Shown here in pieces: positions 1-10,990 of a stretch of 64,000 nucleotides of DNA (the first letter of the stretch is position 1; every line of letters starts with the position of its first letter). The DNA lies in assembly GCA_013265495.1 (NCBI GenBank), contig MU058796.1, forward strand, positions 372,001-436,000, in the 5' to 3' direction. Made by a program: the position numbers and the translations under genes. The stretch is from Vicugna vicugna (taxonomy: Eukaryota). The notes under the pieces were generated by a model that had not been told where the DNA came from, did no database searches, and worked only from the letters and a program-made list of their open reading frames with translations.

Positions 1-99
1 TCAGCAGGATTGCCCCTTGTGGAAGTTGCCATGGCTCCAATCCCATGTCCTCTCCTTCATTCCGATAGAGTCATGGGAGCTTCTCTCCCTCAGTCTTTA

Positions 100-540
100 C
101 AAAGTCTTGGACCTGGTTCTCACTAACCTTGTTGGGTTATGGGTCCTTCCCTGGACTCATCACCATGGCCAGTCACATGGGGTTTGCTGAGCTACCTAAC
201 CCCACAGCTTTATTCAAGAGAACATCCTGAGAGTATGGGATGTTCTGTAACCTGCACTGTCCAGGATGGCAGCCACTAGTCGTGTCTGGCTTGACTTAAA
301 ATGTGCCTGATGCAACAAGGGAACTAAATTTTAAATTTTAAGTAACTTTTAATTAAATTAAATAGTCATTATTATATTGAGTAACACAGCTTTAGAGTTA
401 GTGTAGGAGTCAAACCTATTTAGATGACATCGGCTGAAGAGCAGTTCCCCAAAGGAAAGGGTTTTGAGGGGAGTAGCACCTATTTTACTGGAAGTGGGAA
501 ATACAGATGCCAAGGGATGAAAGCAATAGACGTTCACTAT
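100..540. mobile_element. Old MaLR LTR (MLT1J/K-like) split by a MER3 insertion
   Basis: MLT1-type motifs (ATCACCATGGCCAG; GCAGTTCCCCAAAGGAAA...GATGCC...AGACGTTCACTA) on both sides of the MER3. Confidence 0.5.
203..390. mobile_element. MER3-like hAT-Charlie MITE
   Basis: CTGCACTGTCCAGGATGGCAGCCACTAG...AAATGTG...GGAACTAAATTTTAAATTT resembles the MER3 consensus. Confidence 0.7.
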
Positions 541-592
541 GGCTACCCTAAAGCTTGAACTTTTTATTAATATCGTTTGGACTGATAGTTTA

Positions 593-735
593 TGTGTTTT
601 TTGTTTGTTTGTTTGTTTGATGGAGGGAGGTCATTCGGTTTATTTATTCTAAGCGTAAGTACTGGAGACTGAACCCAGGACCTCATGCATGCTAAACTAA
701 GCATGTATTCTACCAGTTGAGCTATACCTTCCCCC
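593..735 (-). mobile_element. tRNA-derived SINE, camelid Vic-1-like, with a 15-bp target site duplication (TSD)
   Basis: The minus strand starts GGGGGAAGGTATAGCTCAACTGGTAGA (A box), has GGTTCAGTCTCC (B box) and ends in an A-rich (AAAC)n tail. Perfect TSD TGGACTGATAGTTTA at 578-592 and 736-750. Confidence 0.88.
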
Positions 736-1564
736 TGGACTGATAGTTTAAATTCAAATTATATGGTTCACATCATATTACCTGCAGTTTTTCTATTTTG
801 TGTTGTTTTGCTTATTTTCTTAATTAAATGCATACAGTAGAAACTTTAGACACGTAATTGTTCAGGCTTAAATGAGAATCCATCTCTAGCTATTGTTAGG
901 GATCCACCTTTAATTGAATTATCTTTTATGTACAATGCACTTATCTTTTTAAAGCAGCACATATGGATCCAAATTTAAGTTAAAGTTCATGTGGCATTTT
1001 CATTACATATAACTAAAGTGACAAAAGTATTAACCAGCTTAGAGGCATTGTTAATGTCAAGCAGGCACAGTGACAATTGCAATACAGTGTACTCTTTTGC
1101 TTGAAGTTTGGAAATTTTCTTTTGAAAACTGGCACATTTACTGATTCATCTAAGTTTTCAGACAGACAACTTCCTGCCCTCACTGAGCTTATAATTCTCA
1201 ATTTTAAATACATGAAAATGTAAAATATTATGCATCTTAAACTTGTAGCAAAAGATATCAAATTAACACAAATTTATTAAAGAAAATATAATAAAAGAAA
1301 AATAAAAATTGTTTACAATCCCATCACACAAAGACACTACCATTAATGTTTTAGTATATATTTCTTTTAACTTTAAAAAATATGTGTATGGGTACTGAAT
1401 GCATTTTTCATAAGAAAATGCTACTACTGTAGTTACTCCTTTGTAACTTAATATTTAACCTAACAATCCCATTGTGTGACTAAAATATACATATATCTAA
1501 AAAGTACAACTCTTAGGTTAAAAGGATATGTGTATTTTTAAACATTTTGAAAAATGTAAGTTTT

Positions 1565-1665
1565 ATGCAGGCAGAGATCTTTGTTTTGTTCATTGCAAAT
1601 TTCAATACCTAGAACAGTGTCTGACATCTAGAATACACTCAATAAATACAAGCTGAATGAATGAG
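1565..1665 (+). mobile_element. L2 3' end, flanked by degraded L1ME-like sequence
   Basis: CCTAGAACAGTGTCTGACA...CTCAATAAATA...TGAATGAATGA is the L2 terminus signature. Confidence 0.65.
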
Positions 1666-4600
1666 TGTTGGTAAAGTTCCCATTATAATTCAAAACACCA
1701 AGTATGAGATGGACCATTTCTTTACACCCTCATCAACTCTGGGATTTTTTTTTTCAGTTTTGTAGACAGAAGATGGCATCTCATTATGGTTTTTGTTCTA
1801 ACTTCTTTATTTCTATCAGAAATACAAATTGCAGCAAATCATGCTTACTTAGGCAAAAACATGTTCTATAGAGTAAGAAACTTGCAGCCTAATTTTGGCT
1901 GAATGTCTCAGAAATTTTAAAGTTTTGACTGAGCAAAATCTCGTAGGAAGATTATGTGTTTAGAAATCATATTCCAGTCTTCTAAGAAACCATATGACTT
2001 GGAGAAGTTACTAAGCATGCTCTACCTCATTATTACATCGTATACATAAAGAGCCTGTAGGTGCAGGTGTTGTGTTTCAACGAATCACCAAACAGAGAAA
2101 CCTAAAAGAAAAGTGTGGTGACTCTGCCTCACATTTAGCTCTTCCTCCAGCTTCTGCAGAACCTTACCTTTTCTTCATGACCGAAACTTAACTCATAGCC
2201 TAATACTTAAGCATAATAGAAGTTCATTGTGAAAACTACAAGGGCAATCAAAGAAATCAAGGCTGGGACTTCCAGTCAAACCTCATGTGGAACCACATCC
2301 AGGACCTGCAGAACAAGGGCGTTTCATGGGGGCTGTCTTTCACTGAGCATCTGCTTTTCTCTTGCTCTCACCCCTTTGCTCTTGCCCTTGCCCTTGCCCC
2401 TTAGTCTGTTTGTCTCTGTCTCTGTCTTTTCCTCCCTCTCTATCAGGTGACTTTCTCTGCTTCAGCACATGCACATGCATGGCCCTGAACTGGCTTTACA
2501 TCTGTTCCTAATTCAGCCCTGAATTAACTGTGCTTCAGCTCCAAATTCTCTAAAGAGAGAATCACATTCACTCATCTTGGGGCAGGTATCTCTCTTCCCT
2601 TTGTCCCCAGTCCAATCTGCTATGATGATGGGGAAGGACCACCTAGTTCAAATATGGGACCTTGTAGCCACTCTAGAGATGCGACTATTTTTCAAAGAAG
2701 AGGGTTAGGACTAGTAAACATCCTAAAGGCACGTGTCACATTGTGCCTGCACTCTTTACGTGCTGGGATACAAAGATAGGTAGAAAGTGGCTCATATTAC
2801 ATAATCATTCACAAATCTAACTTGAGTATACCTTTTTAAAAAGCCTTCCAGTCATCACTAGTTTAAAAATCATTTATAATAATCAGGGTTTTTTAAAATC
2901 TAGTTTCAATTTTATGGCTAAGCATCTCTATATTTATTTTTCAGCCTTAGTGTTTTGCCGCTTGTCCATCCAAGATCTTGATTCCAAAAAACAAAAATTT
3001 TTTTTAAGTTTATTTTTTGTTCTACCAAGTGTAGGTTTCTACGTATAGTTATTTTTTAACTAGGATGCTGTAGCTAGCATGGTTTTAGTACTTTCTTTTA
3101 GCACTTTTTTTCCTCAAAACTATCGGACTTTGGAAAAATTAAATAAACAGACCTATGTCTTGGAATGCCACATTTCAAGCATATTTGGAGACAATCCAAT
3201 ATTAACTGTGCTGCCTATGCTAAGCAAAATGATTCATCTGAAATAATGATTTGATGATGTATTTCTTCCATATTTTCATTTTCTTTGCATTTCATAATTT
3301 TTATATTTCCCCCTTCAATTCTGTTGTAGTTTAAATCTTTTATGAGATAAATAAATAATTTTTTCTTCCTTATTTAAGTAATTTCTCACATTTAATCTTC
3401 CCAGTCCTAAGTAGGATTAATTGAAGATAAAGAAAATAAGTTAGATTTGAGTTACACCTGTGAACTGTAAACTATTTAAATCAAGCCATCACCATCATTA
3501 ATATCCATCACTCTGGCCATATACTCGAGATCATGTAATATATGACAAATGGCTAAATTTATGGGATTGGCCATGTTGCGGTTCCATTGCTTCCACTATT
3601 CAGATACAACCTCAAATTGTGGCAATATGCGTGAAATGACAGCCTTCCTTAATGACGGATGGGGATAGTCTCATCATGGTTCTCGCCACTGTGATGAGCA
3701 TCAATCACAAAGACAGCCAAAGATGTCAAATCTGCTGAGATGCTCTTTAATCCTGTGATCCTAGAAAGTCACAACTGTCAGCACAGAGCCAAGCAGTTGT
3801 CTAGCTCAGTTGTCTCCAACCTTTTCCAGTTAGAAGAACCATATTACATCAGAAAGCACTGTTGAAGAGCTCCACTTTTAGTTTTGTTTGAAAAAAAAAA
3901 AAAAGAATACAATAGCCCAAATCAGGAACACTGTAACCAACACCTTTTGAGACGCTTTGAACTACCTTAGCCAAACCCCTCTTTTCTGAGAACTGCTCCC
4001 ATATCTACAGAGGCAGCAGTTTGTGCTGTGTGTGTGCTATATGTGAGCTCAAAAATATGTGTAAATGAAATTCTAATTTATTATCATAACACTTACACTT
4101 ATTCAAAAAATAAGTGCAAAACGTGCTATTTATTCAGCCAACAAACTGCTTATCTTATTTGAACAGGATGAGAACTGCTGGTCTAGAAATTTTAGTCTTT
4201 ATAAAACTCACCTTAATGATTCAGATAATTGAGGGAGAAGTTTTGTTTTGTTGTTTTATTCCTTACTCAACATTATTGATCGACTTGATTCTGTACTTCA
4301 CCTAATGTATACGAAGCCTGTGATTTTATAGAAAATCATGTCTCAAGTATCACAGTTCCCTTCCCGTGATTCAGCTAGGGTAAAATTATGAGTACATTTC
4401 CCTGAGGTGCAGTAAAGTAGTTTATTTATTATTACTTCCTCAAAATCTCACTCACAGGTGGTTAGATTTTGGAAGATTATTAAGTAGGCTTGTGTAGGCA
4501 AGTGCAACAATTTGACTTCAGGAAGCCATTATCTGAGCCAGCTTCCCTCCTGCCAGGGCCCAAGGATATTATTTACAGAAATGAACCAGTGTATTATGTT

Positions 4601-5249
4601 TAATACATTCTTAGAACATTTGTACATATACTATATCAAAATTTCCTATTTTAATGTTTCTATGTTACATGAGTTCATTAGAAAATTGTCCCACCTAGTT
4701 TTTCCCCTTAATTCCATCAGGCACTTCAAGTTCCCACAGTGTCTTCCTGATCTCCCAATGTTGTACTTGTGTTTACCAAATGAGAACTCTCACCTCCTTC
4801 AAAATTTTATGCAGAACTTATTTTCTCCAAGAAATTTTCACAATGAACTCCATTTGATTTTGCATTTCCTCTAGAGACTTCCTGAGTAAGACTGCAAATG
4901 TTCTGTCATCATTTTTGGGGGTACAGCATATACACCATGCTTACATAGTCAGTTTGAACATCTTTATGCCTTGTGATACATATATCACAGATTATATACG
5001 TACAATTACTGTTGCTTCCTTACTCACAGATTTGTGTATGCTTGCTCTCCTCTCTGCATGGTGATAATGCTTTGCTTGAGCCGGAGGCAACAAGGCTCAA
5101 GTGCTTTTTGGTTTTGGTTTTAATTTCGCCAGACAGGGTTCAGTACCATTTTTTTACTATTGACTAAGCAACTATGTAATATTTTTTTCCAATGAAGAGT
5201 GGTGACACACTTTGCAGTTTGGGTGTTCGGTAGTTGACCTATTGAAATT

Positions 5250-5345
5250 ACTAATTGCTCACCTGGGTGGCCGGCACTGTGCTAGGCATTTGAGATACGA
5301 CGGCGTAAGGGAGAGACTCAGCCCCTATAGAGCTCACAGTCCAGA
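5250..5345 (-). mobile_element. L2 fragment
   Basis: GGCACTGTGCTAGGCATTTGAGATAC...AGAGCTCACAGTC is typical of reverse-oriented L2. Confidence 0.6.
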
Positions 5346-6698
5346 TCAAGACAGTCCGTTCAAGGCAACTGAATCGTGATGCTATCAAGTATTGTTCCAA
5401 AGCGCACACGTTAGCCGTAGAGAATGAAGTACCACTAGCCCTTGTGTCTCTTGCTTTTCTCGGTAACTTATTTATTGCTGTTAACACCATAAAGAAACAT
5501 GTAGATCACAGTAACTATGAGAAATCCATATATTTTCAAAGGGAATCGAGGAGTGGACCCCACATTTATTATGTTGACCTTGGAGCAGATCAGAGTAGAC
5601 ACAGAGGAAAGGAATGTTACCTGCTGCCAGTATTGTTAGGAGGGTACTGTGGGAGATCCACCCCCGAGCACTAGCTGATGTATTGCCCTAAAATCTCCAG
5701 GTACGCTAGCCGTAAGAAATACATCAGATAAATACCTCAGCAACCAAAATGTCTGATATTATACTTGTCAGAGAAAAGCTTGAGAGAACTATATGGTTCT
5801 TTAACATGGTCATTCTTGCCATAGAGTTCACCAGTATCATTATTAATATTTACTGCTAATTGCTTATGTGTGTTATTTGAATGCCAGCATACGCTTACAG
5901 ATGTGCTGTTTTTAATGACAAAGATAACAATAAGTGAAATGGTGATTAAAAATATACTATAAGATTAGCACCTTCATAAAAATCCCACAGCTCTTTACAA
6001 AAGCAATAAAACAATGAACTAAAATAACAGGTGTGCTAATCATGTGCTAGTTTGAAAAGATAACACTTAGGAATTTAGGGTTTTTTGAAGCCAATGAATT
6101 AAAAGATGCAATGTTTCATGCTAATGAAGGCTAACTTTTAGAATTTGCTTATAGAAGATTGTAGAATAGACTTAATATACAAGTAAAATGGCTCTTAAGT
6201 TGAAATGAAGTAGAACGTCATGTATATGTCTTAGGAATTTTATTAGCCAAAGTTTTCAATTTACTTTTTTTTTTTTACATTTAACTTACAAAAGGAAAAT
6301 GTAGATTGCAACAAAACAAGCTTACATCATGGATTTTTATTTTAAAGAAACTTCCAGTACTCTGTAATCTAAATCCTCTGTATTTTCTAGATTTCACAAC
6401 AATTGTAATATTCATTATGATGGTCTGAGATACTGTAGAATTTCAGTTATCAGATACTTGACTATATTCACTATATTTCACTTAATTCAGCTACGAAGTC
6501 AAGCAGAATTTCAGTTAAGGTGACACTGCCTGGCATGCCAAGCAGTATTTGAGCAGGAGGGAAGGTGAGCTTCTCTCACATTGTAAGACCACAGCAAACA
6601 TGGGGTTCATAACCACGCTGTAAGGAGTCAGATTCTGTGTGTAAACTGCTGGACACCTAAAGAAAGTAAAGGAAACAGGCCAATCCTTGATTTTATGA

Positions 6699-7112
6699 CA
6701 TATTAGTTTGCTTGTGTGGTCATAACAAAATATCACAGACTGGGTGGCTTAAACAGCAAAAATTCATTTTCTCACAGTTCTGGAGGCTGGAAGTCCAAGT
6801 CAAGGTGCCAGCAGATTTGGTTTCTTCTGGTCCTCTCACCATGGCTGGCGGATGGCCACTTTCTCACTGTGTCCCCACATTGTGTCCTTTCCTCTGTGTG
6901 TGTGCGTTCCTGGTGTTTCTCTTTGTGTTCATATTTCCTCTTCTAATAAAAACACTAAATAGTTAGACTAAATTAGGGCTCACACTAATGGCCTCATTTT
7001 AACTTAATTACCTCTTTGAGGGCCCTATTTCCAAATACAGTCACATTTTGAGGTATTAAGGGTTAGAGTTTCAACACATGAATTTTGAGGGGATAACAGT
7101 TCAGCTAACAAC
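6699..7112 (-). mobile_element. MLT1A/B-like MaLR solo LTR
   Basis: TATTAGTTTGC...AACAAAATATCACAGACTGGGTGGCTTAAAC...CTCACAGTTCTGGAGGCTGGAAGTCCAAG...CCAAATACAGTCACATT...CAACACATGAATTTTG. Confidence 0.85.
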
Positions 7113-7116
7113 GTAT

Positions 7117-7538
7117 TTTATAGTGGGTTGAACATTGTTCCACCAATAGAAATGTCCACTTGGAAATTCTGAATGTGAACTTAATTTGAAATAAGGATCT
7201 TTGAAGCTGTAATTAAGGTAAAGATCCCTAGATGAGATCATCCTGAATTAGAGACCCACAGAGACTCAGAGGGAAGGTGATGTGAAGACAGTGCAGAGAT
7301 TGGAGTGATGTGTCTGCAAGTCAAGGAACACCAAAGACTGCTGACAGCTACCGAGGCCAGGAGAGAAGCATGCAACACATTCTCCCTCAGAGTCTCTAGC
7401 AGAAACCAACCCTGCTGACAGCTTGATTTTGAACTTGTCACCTCCAGAACTGTGGGGGAATACATTTCTGTTGTTTTAAGCCACCTATTTGTGAATTTTT
7501 GTTGTTGTTGTTGTGACAGCCACATGAAATTAATACAG
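7117..7538 (+). mobile_element. MLT1C/D-like MaLR solo LTR
   Basis: TAGTGGGTTGAAC...GTGAAGACAGTGCAGAGATTGGAGTGATG...CCAACCCTGCTGACAGCTTGATTTTG...CCTCCAGAACTGTG...TTTTAAGCCAC...AATTAATACA. Confidence 0.85.
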
Positions 7539-8344
7539 GTATTGATATAGGGGAATAATAAACAAAGCTACCATGTGCTGATGACCCCCATGTGCAAGGT
7601 AATATACTAGGTATTTATTATCTCAGAAATCCTCTAATCAACCATCCTTAATCCACTGGGGTTCCTAAGATTTGTTCCTTCCCTCAAGGCTCTACTGAAC
7701 CCAATCTCTCCTACAGTAAATTCATTATTGGGCCGGAATGTGCTCTTTCTTGGCATAGGTCTGAAGTGTCATGTACAGTTTGCAACCTTAGTTTTCCCTT
7801 AGATTCAGATTTCTGTACCTGGTAACCTGAATCTGATCCCAGTTGCTTCTTCATTGTTCTGGACTCTGAGTATCATGAACAGAGAATAAGTGGTCACTGA
7901 GGACAAGTAGATCAGGAACAGCAGCTGGAGTTGTATGTGAGCATTCTTGCCCCGTCCATTTATAAGTTTTTCCTCTTCTCCATTTGTAGCCCTAGAGAGA
8001 CTCCATTAATCTCAACTCCTCACCACGACTCCAACTGATAACTTTCACTGTGTTGATAGAGCCCAGATTTTCTAACATACATGTCTGAACCACGAAAGAA
8101 GAAATATCATTGTGGCTCAGATGTTTTCACATATTTGTGTACGTCAAGCTCAGGGGATACATTTATTCTGCATCCCCTCAGAGCCTTCAGTGCTGTCAGC
8201 ATGATCTGAGTGCACAAGTAGAATTTCACTAAATACTCAGGCGGACACTAGCCATGGAGCTTCTAGTCATCCTGGCAATTAGAACCTTTCAGGTCTGGCC
8301 TTTAAAATTAAAACAATGTACATTTGTGTTTATTTATAATTATA

Positions 8345-8513
8345 TAAATACTCACTCCTGGGTAATTATCTGAAAATAAAACCAGAACAGTAATTAGAAA
8401 TGATACATGCACCTTTTTGTTTACTGCAACATTATTTACAGTAGCCAAGATATGGAAGCCACCCAAGCGCCCATGAATAGATGAATGGATAAGAAAGATG
8501 TGTGTGTGTGTAT

Positions 8514-8551
<38 letters not shown>

Positions 8552-9420
8552 GCACACATATATACACAATGAAATAGTAACTCAGCCAAAAAATAAAGAA
8601 TGAAACCTTGCTTTCTGCAACACATGGATGGACCTAGAGGGTATTATGCTAAGTGAAATAAGTCAGATAGATAGAGGAAGATAAATGCTGTACGATTTCA
8701 CTTATATGTGGAATCTAAAAAACAAAACAAATGAACAAACAAAACAAAACAAAAACAGAATTACAGATACAGAGAACGGGAGGGACTTGGGGGAAACTAA
8801 AGAAAAAAGTAAAGGAAATTGAGAGGTACAGACTTCCAGTTGCAAAATAAATGAGTCACAAGTATGAAATGTACAGTGTGGGGAATACAGTCAATAGCTT
8901 TGTAATATCTTTGTATGATGACATATTGTAATTGAATTTATCATGGTCCATGATCTTTTTCAGATGTATGGAATTACCAATCACTTTGCTGTGTACCAGG
9001 AACTAACATTGTAGGTCAATTATACTTCAAAAATAAACTCATAGAAAAAGAGATCAGAGGCAGGGGGTGGGGGAAAGGGGAATTGAATGAAGGCAGTCAG
9101 AAAGTACAGACTTCCAGTTATAGGATAAATAAGTACTAGGGATGTAATGTACAGCATGATAAATATAACTCACACTGCTGTATGTTACACTGAAAGTTGT
9201 TAAAAGAGTAAATCTAAGAGTTCTCAATCCAAGAAAAAGCATATGTCTTCTTTTTCTTTTATTTTGTAGCTGTATGAAATGGTTGATGTTCACTAAACTT
9301 ATTGTGATAATCATTTCATGATGCATGTAAGTCAAATCATTATGCTGTACACCTTAAACTTATACAGTGCTGTGAGTCAATTCTATCTCATTAAAACTTG
9401 AAAAGAAACTTTCCAAAAAA
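8345..9420 (+). mobile_element. 5'-truncated L1 (end of ORF2 plus 3'UTR; L1MA/artiodactyl-type)
   Basis: CACTCCTGGGTA...GTAGCCAAGATATGGAAG...ATAGATGAATGGATAAGAAAGATGTG...ATGCTAAGTGAAATAAGTCAG...TATGCTGTACACCTTAAACTTATACAGTG, followed by an A-rich tail. Confidence 0.9.
8499..8567. repeat. Compound (TG)n/(CA)n/(TA)n microsatellite inside the L1
   Basis: Directly visible dinucleotide runs. Confidence 0.9.
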
Positions 9421-10764
9421 AGCCAAAATTTAAAACAATAAATATCTATGTTTATTTATAAGTTCAAAACTAGAAGGTGTCCAAATTCCACAGCCCCAAA
9501 TATATTTACTCTATAAGATATTATTGTAGAAATTATCGGAGTATCCTTTGATATGCTGGGTATAACTAAAGACTTGCAGACAAACTGAGACCCGGGTTAG
9601 AATTCAACGTTTGAAACAGCCCAGTAAGACAGATCAGAGTGGCCTCAGAACTAAATTTATATAAATAATGATGTCATACAATAAACAAGCTGTATCTCGC
9701 AGTGCAGAGAATGTGTAACACTGTCCAATTATGTCTTTATGGTGTCGTACAGCTTGGCCCAGTCTGGATTGAGGTCCAGATCGAATGGTATGCTATCTGA
9801 TAAGCAATACGCCAGCGAACATCTCCCTTACCTGGGGTCCTAATTCTCATGACTGGAAGAATGACAGATTCCGTCAGCTAGCCCTTATCCTTTTACAGTA
9901 GTTTCTAGTGTTACATTCAGCAACTATTGAAGAAGCCCTTCAGTCGCAATCTAATTCTCCATCAGTAGACAGCCCAGCACAGGGAAGGTCAATGAAACAG
10001 TAGAGTGGAAAACGAAAACTTGCTACAGAAGTCTGGCTGCAGCTCCCCAGTGAAGGAAGCTGGAGCTGAAATGAGTGATTGTGCTCGTGCTGTTCACCGT
10101 CAGAACCTCGCAGAGAGAGCAGGCAGGCTGGGCACAAAGGGGTTGCCGTGGGAGTTAGCGTGAGCTACAGAGCAGACCCCACCGACTGCAGTGCGGCGTT
10201 CTTTCTCTTACTCTCCTAGCAGTTTGACCTTTCCCCATTCAACATAGTGAGACTGAACTGTGGTGTGATTTTTCTACCCCTGTTTTCCTGATGCAGTCTG
10301 GTGATCCAACACCTGTGTTTCTGACCTCATTTTCTTTGAGCTGTCTTGGCTCACCTTAGGCCCTGAACTCTGTGCTGTTTACCTGGGATCCTTAACCTAC
10401 TAACCTGAGTGATCATTTCTCTAGATTCTATCTTCACAACAATTAACCTGGTTATAGGGCTCCACCCAGCAGGGCTTGGGGTGCGTCTGCTGTCACTCAT
10501 TCCACTGGGTGCTTCTCCACGCCTGCTGCCCCAGACACCAGCAGCCTAGGGCCCTCCTGGTAACGCTGGTGCTTTTGCTTTTGGTATAATCAGGCCAGAA
10601 GAAAGAGCTTCGCAGAAAGACCTTTTGTGCTGGCAACTGTAGACAAGGCAATCTGTTCAGCATGACCCAACCCAGCGAAGCAAGTCTGGCAGACAGAAAA
10701 CAAAACAAAACAAAACCGCAACCTCACACAACAAGAGTTGAATTAATTAACTCAGTTATACTAG

Positions 10765-10990
10765 GGCAACCTTAGTTGTGGAGAGTTCAGTCTCCCGAGT
10801 CAAATTGCAGAGTGCAAATCCACCCTGACTCTACCACTTGCTGCAAGACCCTAGGCAAATTATTTAACCGATGGATACCTCAGTTTCCATGTTTGCGAAA
10901 AGGAGATAGATGTGTCAGGAGGCTAAAAATAAATAATTTATGTAAACATCTACAACAGTGCTGGCACATAACCAGTGCTCAGTAAATTGC
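10765..10990 (+). mobile_element. MIR SINE
   Basis: CTCTACCACTT...GGCAAATTATTTAAC...CCTCAGTTTCC...ATGTAAACA...GTGCTGGCACATA...GTGCTCAGTAAAT. Confidence 0.8.

Noticed and set aside
660..735. tRNA gene
   Set aside because: The A and B boxes belong to a SINE head with a tail and TSD. There is no intact cloverleaf.
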